Shown here: positions 36,419 through 49,174 of the stretch, in pieces
Layout: each line of letters opens with the position of its first letter
How positions within the stretch are numbered: the stretch's first letter is position 1
DNA from: Neodothiora populina
Taxonomy: Eukaryota
NCBI RefSeq assembly: GCF_041146345.1
Contig: NW_027191414.1
Coordinates: forward strand, 806,001-870,000
DNA: 64,000 nt
Direction of reading: 5' to 3'
Made by a program: the position numbers and the translations under genes
Notes under the pieces: model-generated
Told to the model about the DNA's origin: nothing
Seen by the model: the letters and a program-made list of their open reading frames with translations, nothing else
Databases searched by the model: none

Positions 36419-37273
36419 CTACGACTTGTTCCTGCTTGAACGTCTGGGCTCACCACTCTCGGTGGCAGCAGGCTTCGGCTCCTTCTTGGGCTTCGAGGCT
36501 GTCGATGATGAGCCATTGGCCTTGCTTGGACGACCTCGTTTCTTCTTTTCGCCTCCCTCCTCGGCTTCTCCTTCGTCCTTCTCATCCGTCTTTTGTTTTT
36601 TGAAAGAGGGCTCTTCCTCGGCGTCGGCGCCCTCGGCTTCGCGCTTGTCTCCCGTCTTGGCTTCGTCCTCGTTCTCGTCCTCATCCTCGTCCTCGTCTTT
36701 GTCCTCTGCCTTGTCCTCTTCCTTTTCGTCACCATTCTTTTCCTCCTTGGAGTCGCCGTTCTTGGTTGCTGCCTTGTCATCTTTCTCGTCGACCTTCTTG
36801 TCTTCCTTCTTGTCCTCTTTATCGCCCTTGTCGGCTTTCTCACCATCAACCTTCTTCTCCTCTGCTGCAGCTTCCTTGTGCTTGTCGCCGTCGCCCTCCT
36901 TGTCGATCTAGATCGTAGTGGTCAGCATGCGATTGTCCTCTCGAATGTGCTGCTTGCCATGGAGGAAATGGCGAGGTAGGAAACAACAAGACTCACCTCG
37001 TGCATACGCTTGACAACATCGTTTCCGGATCGTGAGATCTTAACAGCAGGGTCCTCTGGATCCGCGTTCTTCTTGACCGTGTTTCCCTTCTTGGTCTCGA
37101 TTTCGAGGTCGCCCTCCTTGGCTATCTCGGCGACTTTACCGCCTGGACGGCTGCCAGACCATTGCCAGGAGACTATCACGATATCAGAATCTATATCTAG
37201 ACTATCTGGCACAACATGCGATGATTGGAGTCAACTAACCGTCGTCGCCCTTTTGAATGTCCTTGTCAGCCAT
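36419..37273 (-). CDS. Hva1-TUDOR/DUF2945-like protein with acidic tail and AT-hook-like motif, 232 aa, 3 exons (37273-37240, 37172-36997, 36907-36419)
   Basis: Spliced product MADKDIQKGDDVSWQWSGSRPGGKVAEIAKEGDLEIETKKGNTVKKNADPEDPAVKISRSGNDVVKRMHEI...; D/E/K-rich region; KKRGRPSK; canonical introns. Confidence 0.8.
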
Positions 37274-37447
37274 TGTCGCGAAAAGGAGCTATATATATCT
37301 CTCTCTCTCTATCTCTCTGGCGCGTTTCTTGGTTGCGTAGGGTGGGATGATCGGAATAAGCGTCAAAAGGGTCTAGTATGATCGCAGAGCCGAGGCGATT
37401 GATGGGAGAAGTTCTGAGCAGGTACGCGACGCGTTCAATGGGGAAGA

Positions 37448-37486
<39 letters not shown>
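37448..37486. repeat. (ATG)13 / (CAT)13 microsatellite upstream of the Hva1-like gene
   Basis: Read directly. Confidence 0.95.
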
Positions 37487-37488
<2 letters not shown>

Positions 37489-40096
37489 AGAGTGTGAGTT
37501 AAGAGGAGAGGGAAGAACAAGCTACAGCGGTTTCGCCAGCTGAGGTGATGCGCGCGCGCGACTCGACTCCTCCACTCCTCTTTGGCCCTGGCTAAAGCAA
37601 GCAAGCCGGGCTGATTTCCCAATGTTCGTCATAGTCTGAGCGCTAGTGAGCCCCATGAACCGGATAGACTGCTTCGATAGTGTGGGGAACCCGCCGATCC
37701 CGTGAAGTCTATTGTTCTGCGATCTTTCGTCGTGCTTTCATTCATTCATTGCATACCTTGCATTTGCCTTGGTTTTGCCTCATAGCAGCAGTTGGTATCT
37801 GTTAATGAAAGATGACTGCAGACATCATGTCTGTATACCCGACAGCTGTAGTTTTGAAACACCTGTTATAGCACCAAACAGTATACTTCGGTTAAGGCTA
37901 AGGCTATGGCAGTTCTAGCGTACACTTCAAGAAAGGCGTCGATGCAGCATCGGCCTAATAAGATCTTGCGATCGAGTCGAGTTCAGCCTCGCCACCTCAC
38001 TTCCCCTTGCTTTACTTTACAAACCGCAGCTTTTCGATGAGCATGCGTCCCTGCTTCCATCTTCGGAATGTATGAAGTTGACCAGATTGAGAAACAATCC
38101 TCAATCACCCAATATGTTGCTCACATTGGACAAAGTACAATGATGATAAGGATTTTTGTGGTTTCGCATCGATACCCATGAGAGCCCATGACTTCTGCCC
38201 ATTCACTGCTGTTCGAACACACCCACCAAGATTTATTGCCCTAAGGCCTCCTCAGCTTTATAGTTGGCATAAGTGTACCTACCTTGCCTACTGTATACAG
38301 CTTGCCGGAGAGTCCATGAATTGACCCCGTCTGAAGCCTCCCAATGTCTCTCTCCCATCCTCTCCTAACTGCTTCTGTCTTCCACTCCATTTCGATGTCA
38401 TGGCACACACTTCCACCCGATCAAATCCTCAGACCCCCATATATACTCGACTTACTGACCTAGATAGCTACGAGCGAGCGAGTGGAATGGGGGGCAAGAG
38501 AAGGCTGCGAAAACCTCAAGGAATAATAGAGAACGTTCCGCCTCCGCTGCTGCCGCTTTTGCGTGGTCGCCTCGCCGTTCAGTCTTCTATGACTTTATTC
38601 GTCGACTTCATGCAGTCTAGTCCGTCTGTCTCTCTACTTCTCTGGACGGAGAAGAATGGCTGATCGCCAGGCATGAGTCGATCGCGCTGCACATGGGTTT
38701 TCGATTCGAGTATCTGCATGGCTTTCGTTCTTGTTGCGTGCGTGACTTTGTGTGTCGTCGGGATAGGCATTTTGCGTCATGTTTTGTGTATATGGTCAGG
38801 GATGTGTATTCGTGAATATGTCTGTCTTTTGGCGCGTATAACCTCATGCCTTAGTATGGCGGCTATGTGTAGTTACATAGCATGACTGGCTGGCTGGCTG
38901 TGGACTTCTAGGGATTCAGCCAGTCAGTCAGCGAAATAATCACTCCCTTCGATCCATACAGCGTCGGACGAGACAAGATATACGTGACATCACATGTGCA
39001 TTATCCACCGACCTGCACTTCTTTGCCTGTGACCTAAAAATACGCCCAAGGGTATACCCGCAGTTGAGCACATTGCCCTCTTCTCTCCAGCAATGCCTAT
39101 CTGCCTACCTACCTCACGTAACCATGCACCAATTATTCAAACAGTATCTGAAAACACACTGTATGTAATACCATAAACGACACAATCAAGTCCCACATTC
39201 CATCACTTCTCACAGAGCCCCGAACACATAGCATTTCTTCATGAAATCTCGACCATCATTGTGTTCAGCCTATAACGGACAGGGTCTCCGTCGGCGCGCC
39301 TGACTTTTTTTCTCTTCTACGGCAAAGTCAAAGTCATTGTACGAGAACGTACACAGCCGACAAGAAATCCAGGTGAAGGTCCGCTAGGTTGTGCACTTCA
39401 TCGTCGAAAGGCGCCGTACCTTGTCCTCGTCGTGATCTCGACTCGACGTAGCCTGCAGGGCGAGAGTTGACTTTGGCCGTTCTGTGTCTGGTGGGAGAAC
39501 ACCGTGGAAAATGGGTTGGTGAATCTGTATGTGATGAGGCGGAAGAGAGAGAGAGAGAGAGCACTGCACAGAGAAGTAAGAGAAATAGAAGAAATAAATG
39601 GACATTGCAACGAGAACTTCTGATATCGACAATGCTCTGTGTAGAGACATAAATGTATATATTGTCTGCATACACATAAACACTTGCGTTTGTACTATTT
39701 GCTCGCTCTCATCAGTCAGTCAGTCTCTGCCGACCAAAAACCACCGTTTCATATGCGACAGCAATTATGTGTAGATATTCTTTTTCTTATTCTGGACCTA
39801 GCAGAATTTCGGACTTTGTTGGCTAAAGACATTTATGTCATCGTTGGGGCTCCTTTCCCCCTTGGAAGTGTAGCACCGAATCGAAACCAAGCAATACATT
39901 TGGCTCTCGAATTATCACAACCCTGTGCGTGTCGAATTCGCGGACATTACCAACACCGCCACCTATTTCCCCGATCCAGTAGGCAGCCCAGGAACTATTC
40001 AATGCAGATTCGAAATCATTCAATGCCGGCTTTCTTTCTTCTTATGTTCTCATGAAAAACCTCTTCTCAATCAACACGTGTAGCTGCTTGATTGAC

Positions 40097-42852
40097 TCAT
40101 ATATCCTCGAGCATACCATCATTGAAGATGCCGTGTTGCTCCTGTCCCTGTGATTCACCAGTGCTGGCTTTGCTGTTGGTACGCTCCTTCTTAAGCTCAT
40201 CACCTCCCTCGTCTTGTCGGCCTCCTCCCAAGTGGTCCATGTCATTGCCGAATTGGCGGTCTAGTGTGCTTTCGTCGACGAATGTGAATCCCTTGAACGC
40301 GGTCTGTAGCGTGGGGCTAAGCGGGGTGCTTGCAGGGTTTACACCGCTGGCCAGCGCCGCTGCTCTCGCGTTGAGCGAAGAAGCAGATCCGTTATTTAGA
40401 GCATTGGTGAATTCGGGATCGAAGTTGCTCGTGTCTAGCTCACCCTTGAGCTTGGGCTTGAACGGAGGCTTGATGTCCTTTCGGCCAAGAGCATCCCAAT
40501 CGACATCGTCAAAGAACGGATGAGCCATGAGCTCGTCGGCATCACCCTTTGCACCCAGACGATGGTTCGGATTACGATTCAGTAGGCCCTTGACGAAGTT
40601 TCGGCCCTCTGTTGATAAAGCGTCCCGAGGGAATCGTACTTTGCCGAAGGCGATGTTCTTATACATCTGCTGGGTGTCCTCGGCGTAGAAAGGTGACCAA
40701 CCACAGCACATCTCGAACACCAACACGCCGAGAGACCAGAAGTCGACCATCTTGGTGTAACCTTGCTCGTCCAACAGCACTTCGGGTGCCAGATACTCTG
40801 TTGTGCCACAGAACGTGTTCGTTGTGTCGCCTTGTGAGAGGTTCGCCTTGGATAGACCAAAGTCACACAGTGCAATGTGTCCATTAGCGTCGAGAAGGAT
40901 GTTTTCGGGCTTCAGGTCACGGTAGACAATGTCGTGCTGGTGCAAATGACGAAGAGCCAAGATGAGTTCGGCAATGTAGAACTTGGCGCGTTCCTCCTGG
41001 AAACGGCCTTCACGCTGCAAGTGCCAGAAAAGCTCACCGCCGGACATGTAGTCTGTGACGAGGTATAGATCTGCTGGTGTTTGGAATGAGAACTTGAGGC
41101 CCACGATGAACAGAGACTCGGCGGTGGCAGTCCGCACTAGGATGTTGCGTTCGCCGATTGTGTGTTGCACCTCCTTCTTCTGTATAATGACCTTCTTGGA
41201 GAGCACCTTCATTGCGTAGATGCGAAGAGTGTCCTTCTTTCGGACTTGGAAGACCTGACCGAAAGTGCCTTTGCCAATCAGTTTGAGGATCTCGAAATCT
41301 TCAGGACCAAAGGTCTTCTTGTCCGTCTTCTGGAAGCTGATTCTAAGCTTAATATCTCCGGTGACCAGCTCCTTCCCGCCCTCTGTCGACTTCAGCTTGA
41401 ACCAGGCCTCGTGAGGAGTCTCGTAGTTCTCTAACACGGGGTTGAAGCGAATGTGACCGAGGAAAGCCTCGTTGTTCTTCTTGTCGTAGACTGAGATGTC
41501 AAGATCAGAGTTGTCACCAACGACGTCACTGGGAAAACATTGTTAGTATAGGCCAATGCCGAGCAATCAGAAATTCAGACGTACAAAACAGCCTCATGGT
41601 TCCACACCGGCTCGGTGACCTGGTGCTCTGCTGTGCCACGAAGTTTTGCAATGTCTGTTTGACTGCTCTGTCTGCTTCGAAGGCCTGGGATATTCATTGG
41701 TTTGCCCGAATCGCTGCCCATTCTCCGCATTGCAACTCCCTTGGCCAGATCTTCCTCTTGCTCCGGAGCCTGGTCTTGACGGGTGTCCATTGCATCGCTC
41801 TCGGGACCGTCGGAAATGTCTTCATTCAATTGGTAGATGCAGACAACGTAAGGGGCCGTACTCGGCCTTAGTCCTCGACCCTGGACGATGTTCACCGAGA
41901 GCGTGCCCTTGGTCGCACTGACAGGTGGGTTGTTTGATCCGGAGCTGGACCGGCTGGTTTTCTCTACTTTCTCAACCGGGGCTGCGCCGGGTGCTGCGGT
42001 TTCCTCCTTGGCAGCAACAGGCTCCTCCTTTTTCGGTTCGTGTTGCGAGAGTGCACGAGGCGTATGAGGTGGTGTGTTCTGTACAGCGGTCAGGTCTAGG
42101 TCAGCTTCATTGTGTTTTTTCTCTTGGTCAAGGTTGTGCACGACGACGGTGTGGGGCAGCGGATAGAGGGGCATGTGCAGTGAATGAGTGGTCCGTCGTG
42201 GCGGACTGGGCCAGCCTGTGAGTGCCAGAACCAGTATGTGCTGCTGTACAACGTATAACGGAATAATGGCCGGGTGCAAATTCAGATAAAAAGCCGTGGA
42301 AGCAGCGTACAAGCGCCATATCCATGATGCTCGACGTCATGTGAATCAACGGAATCAATAGAAACGGCGGGGTAAGATCCGGGGCGTAGACAGAGCGCGG
42401 ACAAGCTGTTATAGTATCTCCTGGATTGCCCAAATTCGACCGGAGGGGAGTTCACGGCGTCCAGCGAGAGTATGATTGGAGGCGTGAGGACGCTCTCTTA
42501 GATTTCTTGAATTCAGAGAAAAAAAAAGTGTCGAGTTCGACTCGGTGTCCTTGGTAGCCTGGGACGGAGCTCTCGGCGATGTTCGTGGAGATTATGTTTG
42601 AATGGGAGAAGGCTGGGGGGGGGGGGAGTACAGGAAGGGGGTTTTGCACAATCAAAATAATTGGGCGGAGGTGTGACAAACCTGGGCAAAGTAGGTGTTG
42701 TTTGTGATGCCAGGCAAACGCTTGTCGGTCAGATCTGGGTTGGGCGTACTGATCCCTGGAGGGGGAGTAGAAGCGCCGGAGCCAACATGATCAGACTCTT
42801 CTCCGTCGTGTGCTCGAGTGCTAGGGACGGTGGCAGGATTAGCTTGCGTCAT
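40097..42852 (-). CDS. SCH9: AGC kinase Sch9, ~698 aa, 3 exons (42852-42682, 42078-41585, 41528-40097)
   Basis: N-terminal TPNPDLTDKRLPGI, C2-like domain, LIGKGTFGQV, YRDLKPEN, TNTFCGTTEYLAPE, hydrophobic motif FKGFTFVDES; the acceptor of the 603-nt first intron is inferred. Confidence 0.92.
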
Positions 42853-45122
42853 TTTGACTTTTGTATCTAGAATAATGCCGCAGCGGCGGGCATTGAAGAA
42901 AAGTATAGGCAAGACAACAATATCGCAATGGGGTGAGATAAACAAGAAATGGGTCAACAGCGATCTGGTGCTATCTGTAAGGTTGCCCCATAAAAGCGTG
43001 GTGGTAAGTGGATGCAGTCCCACATCATCAGCATCATTTCAGGTGAACGATTCGCCCGCGGGTGCCCTGTTCGGCCCGATGAGGATCCGTCAGTGCCATC
43101 TGCATAGTGATGGCATGCTTGCGGCTTGGCGATGAATTTCCAACCTCAATTTCTGACCAGGCCAAGACGTAGGTGATAGATAAATTGGCCTGCGCCATTG
43201 GAGTTGGAGTCCATTGACTACCCGGCCAGTGTGTTTTCTGTGCTGATGTCTTTGGAGTAGAAAATGCAAGATGCCGCCACGCTCTCGCAACAGTCGCGCG
43301 GAGAAAGGCAACGCCCGGGGCAGGCGGGCTTGTGGCGTCACAGAGAAGAAGACCACCAGGCATGACAGATGCAGCGACAGCGAAAAAGACAAGCAGACAA
43401 AGCAATAGGAGAAACGGAGACAACTCACTTGTGAATCATGGTCTGGCGCAAGAGGTCAGCAGCAGGAGAGGCATTGTGAGCCGAAGACATGATGGAGGAT
43501 GGCGTCGTGAGCCGCGAGCTAGACCTCACAAATTTGGCGGGAGTCCAACCTACAGCGAAACCACTTAGTGTTGGAAGGGCGCTCGAGGACTTGGTGGTCC
43601 TGTCCAGATGCAAAGGTCGAGGTCGTCTTATGGAATCCTGTCTGCTGCGTAGCGACAACCTTCGTTTAGTGGAGAGACGGGGCGGTGGGTGTTCTTGATG
43701 ATCAAGAGTGCCCGTCGGAGATGATTTTTGCTCAGCCAGGATAACGGTAACAGCAAATGGATTTTGCGGGTGATGGATCGATGCTGGGCTGTCGGAAGTG
43801 AAGGGTTGAGGCCGACGACGTCGTTGTTTGCAAAAGGCTCATGAGGCTTGCCGCTTCCAGCAAGCTTCTGCCCTGATGTAATTTCTGACCCGGGCTAGCA
43901 GTACTGATTCTCGCGCGTTATTTCCGAGTTGAGTAATGACACTGTCAAAGTCCACATTATTTGCTGACGATTGTCACCCCTCTGAGCGTCACCGCAACAG
44001 GGGACGTTGGACGACTTCATCATGGACATGGGCATGGTTTTGCAGGACAGTACGGTAGGTAATTGTGACGCGAGGCGAGGCAGCCGGTGATAGTGATTAG
44101 GCAGGGTGTGAGCGCAAGTGATATCGCGTCAGATGAATTGTAATTGTCCGCAGATTTGAACTTGGCACATGCGACATTCTGTACACCACAATAACGAAGG
44201 CTAGCAAGAGACAGTGGCTCACGTGGCTGCATGTGCAAAGGATTTGTACTGTACATGCGTGGTCAAGATGATCAAGAGTCCAGAATCCAAAGGGATTGCG
44301 GCAGGTCGAATAATGCTCTTTGGCAACTGACTACAGCTGTGGTATGCGGCACACTACCTTATACGAAGCATCATCGCGCCTGGAGCTATGCATTCCTTAG
44401 GATTACCATCTGTGCTTTTTCTACGAGAGAGCTCATGTTTTGTCCATTGTTTGAAACACATGTCTACCGCGAGAGCAGGATGAACCCATTGCATCTCGTA
44501 TTCAGTATTCGGTATTCAGCACATTCCGAGCCTACCTCAAGGTAAGGTACTTGGTCTGGTGTACAGAGGTACATAGCAGACGGAGGTAAGAGATTGCACA
44601 CCAGAGTATGCTGTATGATGTCAGATGCTCACATGTGCTGCGCTGTACCTGAAGTACAGTCCTCGTACCGCACTTAACGATAGACGGTGAGAGTGGAGGA
44701 TGGAGCAGGTGGTTGTGTCAATTCGCGCATGCTACTACCGAGTAATACAAGGTACTGTATCAGGGGCGTGTTTGATGAGGAATGCGACGCAAGGAAGATA
44801 CTGTCATGTTTCACACCTTAGGTTCGGTTGTTTGAACCACCTCATTAGTCCAGGTTTTGATCAGGGTAAGGTAAAGTAGGCACCGTACCTAGCAGTGGCA
44901 GCAGCGGGAGGCTGTTAGGGCACAGGCCCCGATCATGTGCCGACATCCGAATGCAAGCTTAGCCCTTGTCCGCGTCAAGATTCCAGCTACTGGACATTAT
45001 TATATCGTCCATGCGACGCCATAAAGTACTATTGCATATCGTATATTCATCGTAGTACAGTGCAAATTGAGCAAAAGCAAAGGATCTCGACCAAGGAGAA
45101 TCACAGTACTATAGTGGCAATT

Positions 45123-46833
45123 ATGCCCCGCAGTCGAGGAGGTCGTGTGCGATCTTTGCGCCTGTCGACTAGTGAGTTCTGTTTACCTCTACTATAGTAG
45201 CAGTGCACGCGCGACTAACGCGAAGATGCTAGGGACCTCTAGTCCTGCGGTGAAACATGTCCAACATGTCGCGTCTGACGAGGAGATGCTGGATGGGGAG
45301 GCAGACACCACGCGCGCAACGTCGGCGCAGGATGAAGAACAAGACGATCCCACTCACACCCCCGTGGCAGACGACGACGGCGACGACGACGCGGATGCGG
45401 ATCCGCCAGAAGAAGCTCCCAGCAGTCCACCAGTAATCCAGAGCATCCCGCGCAAAAGAGGACGAGGTCGTCCACCGCGAAACCCCAGACCCGACTTTAC
45501 CCCGGAACCTGGCACCGAGGACGCCTCGGAATCAGGCACACCGCGAAGGCGACGAGGGCGACCATCTGGAGCTGGCGGATGGCGAGGCGGCTTCAGGGGA
45601 AGACTTAAGGGCGGTCCATCACACGCAACACGTGTACCGATCGACAAGGAAGGTAACATGATGGATGTCATCAACGACGAGGTAGCTCTGCCTGAAGACC
45701 CCGAAGGCGAGACCAAGGTCGACAAGAACGGTCATCTGCAAGGAGGTCGTGATTACCGCGTGCGCGTCTTCACTCTTCTCGGTCGCGGCGATCGTCTGTA
45801 CATGCTTTCCACCGAGCCTGCTCGTTGCACTGGCTTTCGCGACAGCTATCTCTTCTTCACCAAGCATCTTCAGCTGCACAAGATCATCATCGATGAGAAC
45901 GAGAAGAAGGACCTCATCGCGCGTGACCTGATCCCTCATTCATACAAGGGTCGCGCCATAGGAGTCGTGACTGCCCGTTCCGTCTTCCGTGAGTTTGGCG
46001 CCCGCATAGTGATTGGTGGCAAGAAGATCACCGATGACTACTACGTGCAAGCCGCGAAAGACCGAGGCGACATCGAGGGTCAGCTTGCCGATCCCACTGA
46101 CAGGATTCCGCCGCCTGGGGAGCCATATAACAAGAACCAATACGTTGCATGGCATGGCGCCAGCTCAGTCTACCACAACAACGCTCCTAGCGTGCCCCTG
46201 ACGACAGGAAAGCCCGCGCCAGGAAAGAGAAAGGCGAACATTACTACTGTGAACTGGCAGATCGAGCATGCGCGAGAAGCAAGGTAAGCATTGAAAAGAA
46301 CATCGACAGCTTGCTACCAACATACTGATCTATTTGATACTTGTAGTCGGTTCAACTCCACTCTGACCAGCTACCGCCGCACCACCCTCGGCGGCGTCTA
46401 CGACTCGCACACAAATCTGATGTTCTACCCTCGAATAATGCAGCCGAGCCACGTCAAATGGGAACAAATCACCGACGAGCCCGAGTCAGACGAATCAACA
46501 ACAAACGGACAAGCATCATCAACAGACCCATCCCTCTTCGAGCCGGTGCCCGACGTCGTCGCGCGTAACCGTCTCGTGACAGACATCTACTTCGCCTCGC
46601 CACCTATCAGCAACCTCGGCATCCCAGGCCCGGACGGCGACGTCAACGACCTGGGTCCGAACGGACTATCGACAATCTCACAGGACGTCCTCGATGAGTT
46701 ACCCGAAGAGTGCCGCGTCGCGTTCAAGCAAGCCCGCGAGGCAGAGTCGACGTGGAAAACCAGGTGGACCGACGAGCAGACTGATGGCTCGCGCGGCAAG
46801 TTGCGTATCGGCTTCAATGGATTTCCCGTATGA
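45123..46833 (+). CDS. NPL6: Chromatin remodelling subunit Npl6/Rsc7-like, ~528 aa, 3 exons (45123-45171, 45233-46283, 46347-46833)
   Basis: AT-hooks RGRGRPP and RRGRP; GETKVDKNGHLQGGRDYRVRVF, LYMLSTEPAR, GFRDSYLFF, VTARSVFREFGA; introns GTGAGT...ACTAAC...TAG and GTAAGC...ACTGAT...TAG keep frame. Confidence 0.85.
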
Positions 46834-49174
46834 GTGGTTTTAACGATTTGATTACGTCGATGTAATGAATGAAACGATTCACCCCGTCCCCGCCATAGAG
46901 GACTTTGGGGTCAAGAATACCTGGAAGCAAAGATGGAAAAGGCCACGTGAGGTGCTATGCTCGCTGGCTAGCCTAGGGCGCCGACCGAGTCCAGTGAACG
47001 AGATGAATGGGAGCCAAGCAGCGTTTTACTATCACCGTTATTCAATCCCATTGCACTGTTCCCTAACAATTCCGCAAACACAAGTGGCGCAACAACAGCG
47101 CCCACAGTGCTCCCTAGAAGTAAGGAGATGGAGAAATAGAAGAATCGGACGCTCATTCCTTCACTTTCCAAATCTGCACAGGAAGAGCAGCAAAAGAAGA
47201 GAATAAACGGCGTCTTGCCACGCGCTCCTAGCTTTCAGCCCAGAAACAGCGGCATCATACCAAGGAACTGGAAGAAAGGGACCCAACGGTGCATCTCTAC
47301 CACCCTTAGACCTTTCCACAGATAGATCAAATAATCAGAGCAAGGAGAAAACAAAATCAAGAAAAAGCGAGAGGAACTCTTCATAGGCTTACTCGTTTCG
47401 AGAGAGAGAGGAAGTAGAAAAGACCACCGAACAGGGTCTATATATCCTCGTCTATCTCTACCATAAGCAAAGTAAGGTAGTGCTGATCGGCGTATCTTTC
47501 ACAAAGTAAAGTAAAGTGAAGTAGTGTCCTATCGACACCCGCAACAAAGAGAGGAGAGAACAGAGAGTGCGCCAAGGTAAGATAGGGTGGATACACCAGT
47601 CAAAGTAAAAGCAGATTAAATCATCAAGAACCGAAGAACGAACAGACAGCAGAAAAGAGCCACCAGACCAATCAAACCCCTTTTCCCCCATCCCTATCTC
47701 ACATCCTATATCCTGCCTTTATACCTTGCCTACCTCTTATTTTCAAAACCACCGGGGTTCAGACCGGAACGATTCTTCGTCGAGTCTTTTACTCGAACCG
47801 GGTACTACTTGGCAATCGCCAAAGGAGGAATAGGAGACACACAACGACAGACAGCGGCCAAGACATGGCAACTTGCAGGTCCAGGGCCGAAAGCTCTCCT
47901 GTCGCTCGACTGCTTGTGTTGCTTTCTTCGTTCCGCGCAGCAAGAGGAAGAACTACATATCTCGTCGATTTCGCGTTCAGTATCTGTGTAAAGTATGTTA
48001 CAAGAGTCTTAAGGACTTGATACTTTTTTTTATATGTACAGGATTTAAGCTATACACACGATTCCAACGATACAGATCATGAAAACCAAGGTTGGACGAC
48101 AAAGTCACAAGAGGCGGAAGAAGACAGAGAAAGAGAGAGAGAGGGCAACAAGAGAGGTATATAGACAAGCGTTTGATCGATGCAACGCGAGAAACATGGG
48201 CTTTTTTTTGGTTGGTGTTGTCTGTCTGTAGAGTGATTGTGTAAAAGCTAAAAAAGAGACCTCTTTCCTTTGATTGATCTCTTCTCCAGTCCTTGTTCCG
48301 CTTCTCTTGATGGAAAGACAGTGAACAGACTGGAGAAGAAAGCAAGCAAGCAAGCAGGATAGGGGGCTCGACGATCAAAATATCAGGCGTTGGGAAATGC
48401 CGACAAGAAGCTGAGTGATGAAAAAAAAACGATGGCTTCGAGGCTCAAACCACACGACCGCCCGCCCATCCACCCATAGGTGAAAGCAAGTAGTTCGTCC
48501 GCTGCTCCTCCCCATAGGCGACTCCGCTACACCGCGCTATCCTCGATCGACAATGCGTCGCAACCGGATAGTACGCCCTTGTACCGAACCTCCACAAGTA
48601 GAAAAGAAAGGACAAGAAAGGTCTAAAAACATAAAAGAGAAAAACGCTCGCCTTCGCAATAAATCAAAGCAAAAGTGCAATTTTGCAGCAAGAATAGACT
48701 CTTTTCTGTGAAAATGACTCAAAAGGCGAGACTTTCGTAAATCCATAACTCCATTGCAAAACCCATCGCGCTGAGCCTCCATACCCTCCCGACCAATCCT
48801 GGCCTTTTATGAAAGATTTTTGAAAAAAAGGAAAACAGACTTGATGGACATCAGTCTGTCTGCTCCAAGGAATCGAACAATGACAGATTAGGACGCTGTG
48901 GTGAACGCCGTGGATTGCTGTCCTCTCCGACTTGGGCTTGCAACAGGCAAAAAACAATGAAAGTATTGACAATGGTGAAAAGGAAAAAACAAACAAATGC
49001 TGCGTAGATTTTTTTTGGTGCGGGTCGAGTGGGGGAATCATGTCGGTAACTTTTTTTGTAATCGTGAAATCGCTCGAAGATGTTGTAAGCAACGCAAAAA
49101 TGCAATCTGCTGAGCGATGTGCGGCTTAATGACTCCTGCCCGCGGCAGTGACAGTTGATCAGCATGAAGGTCAA

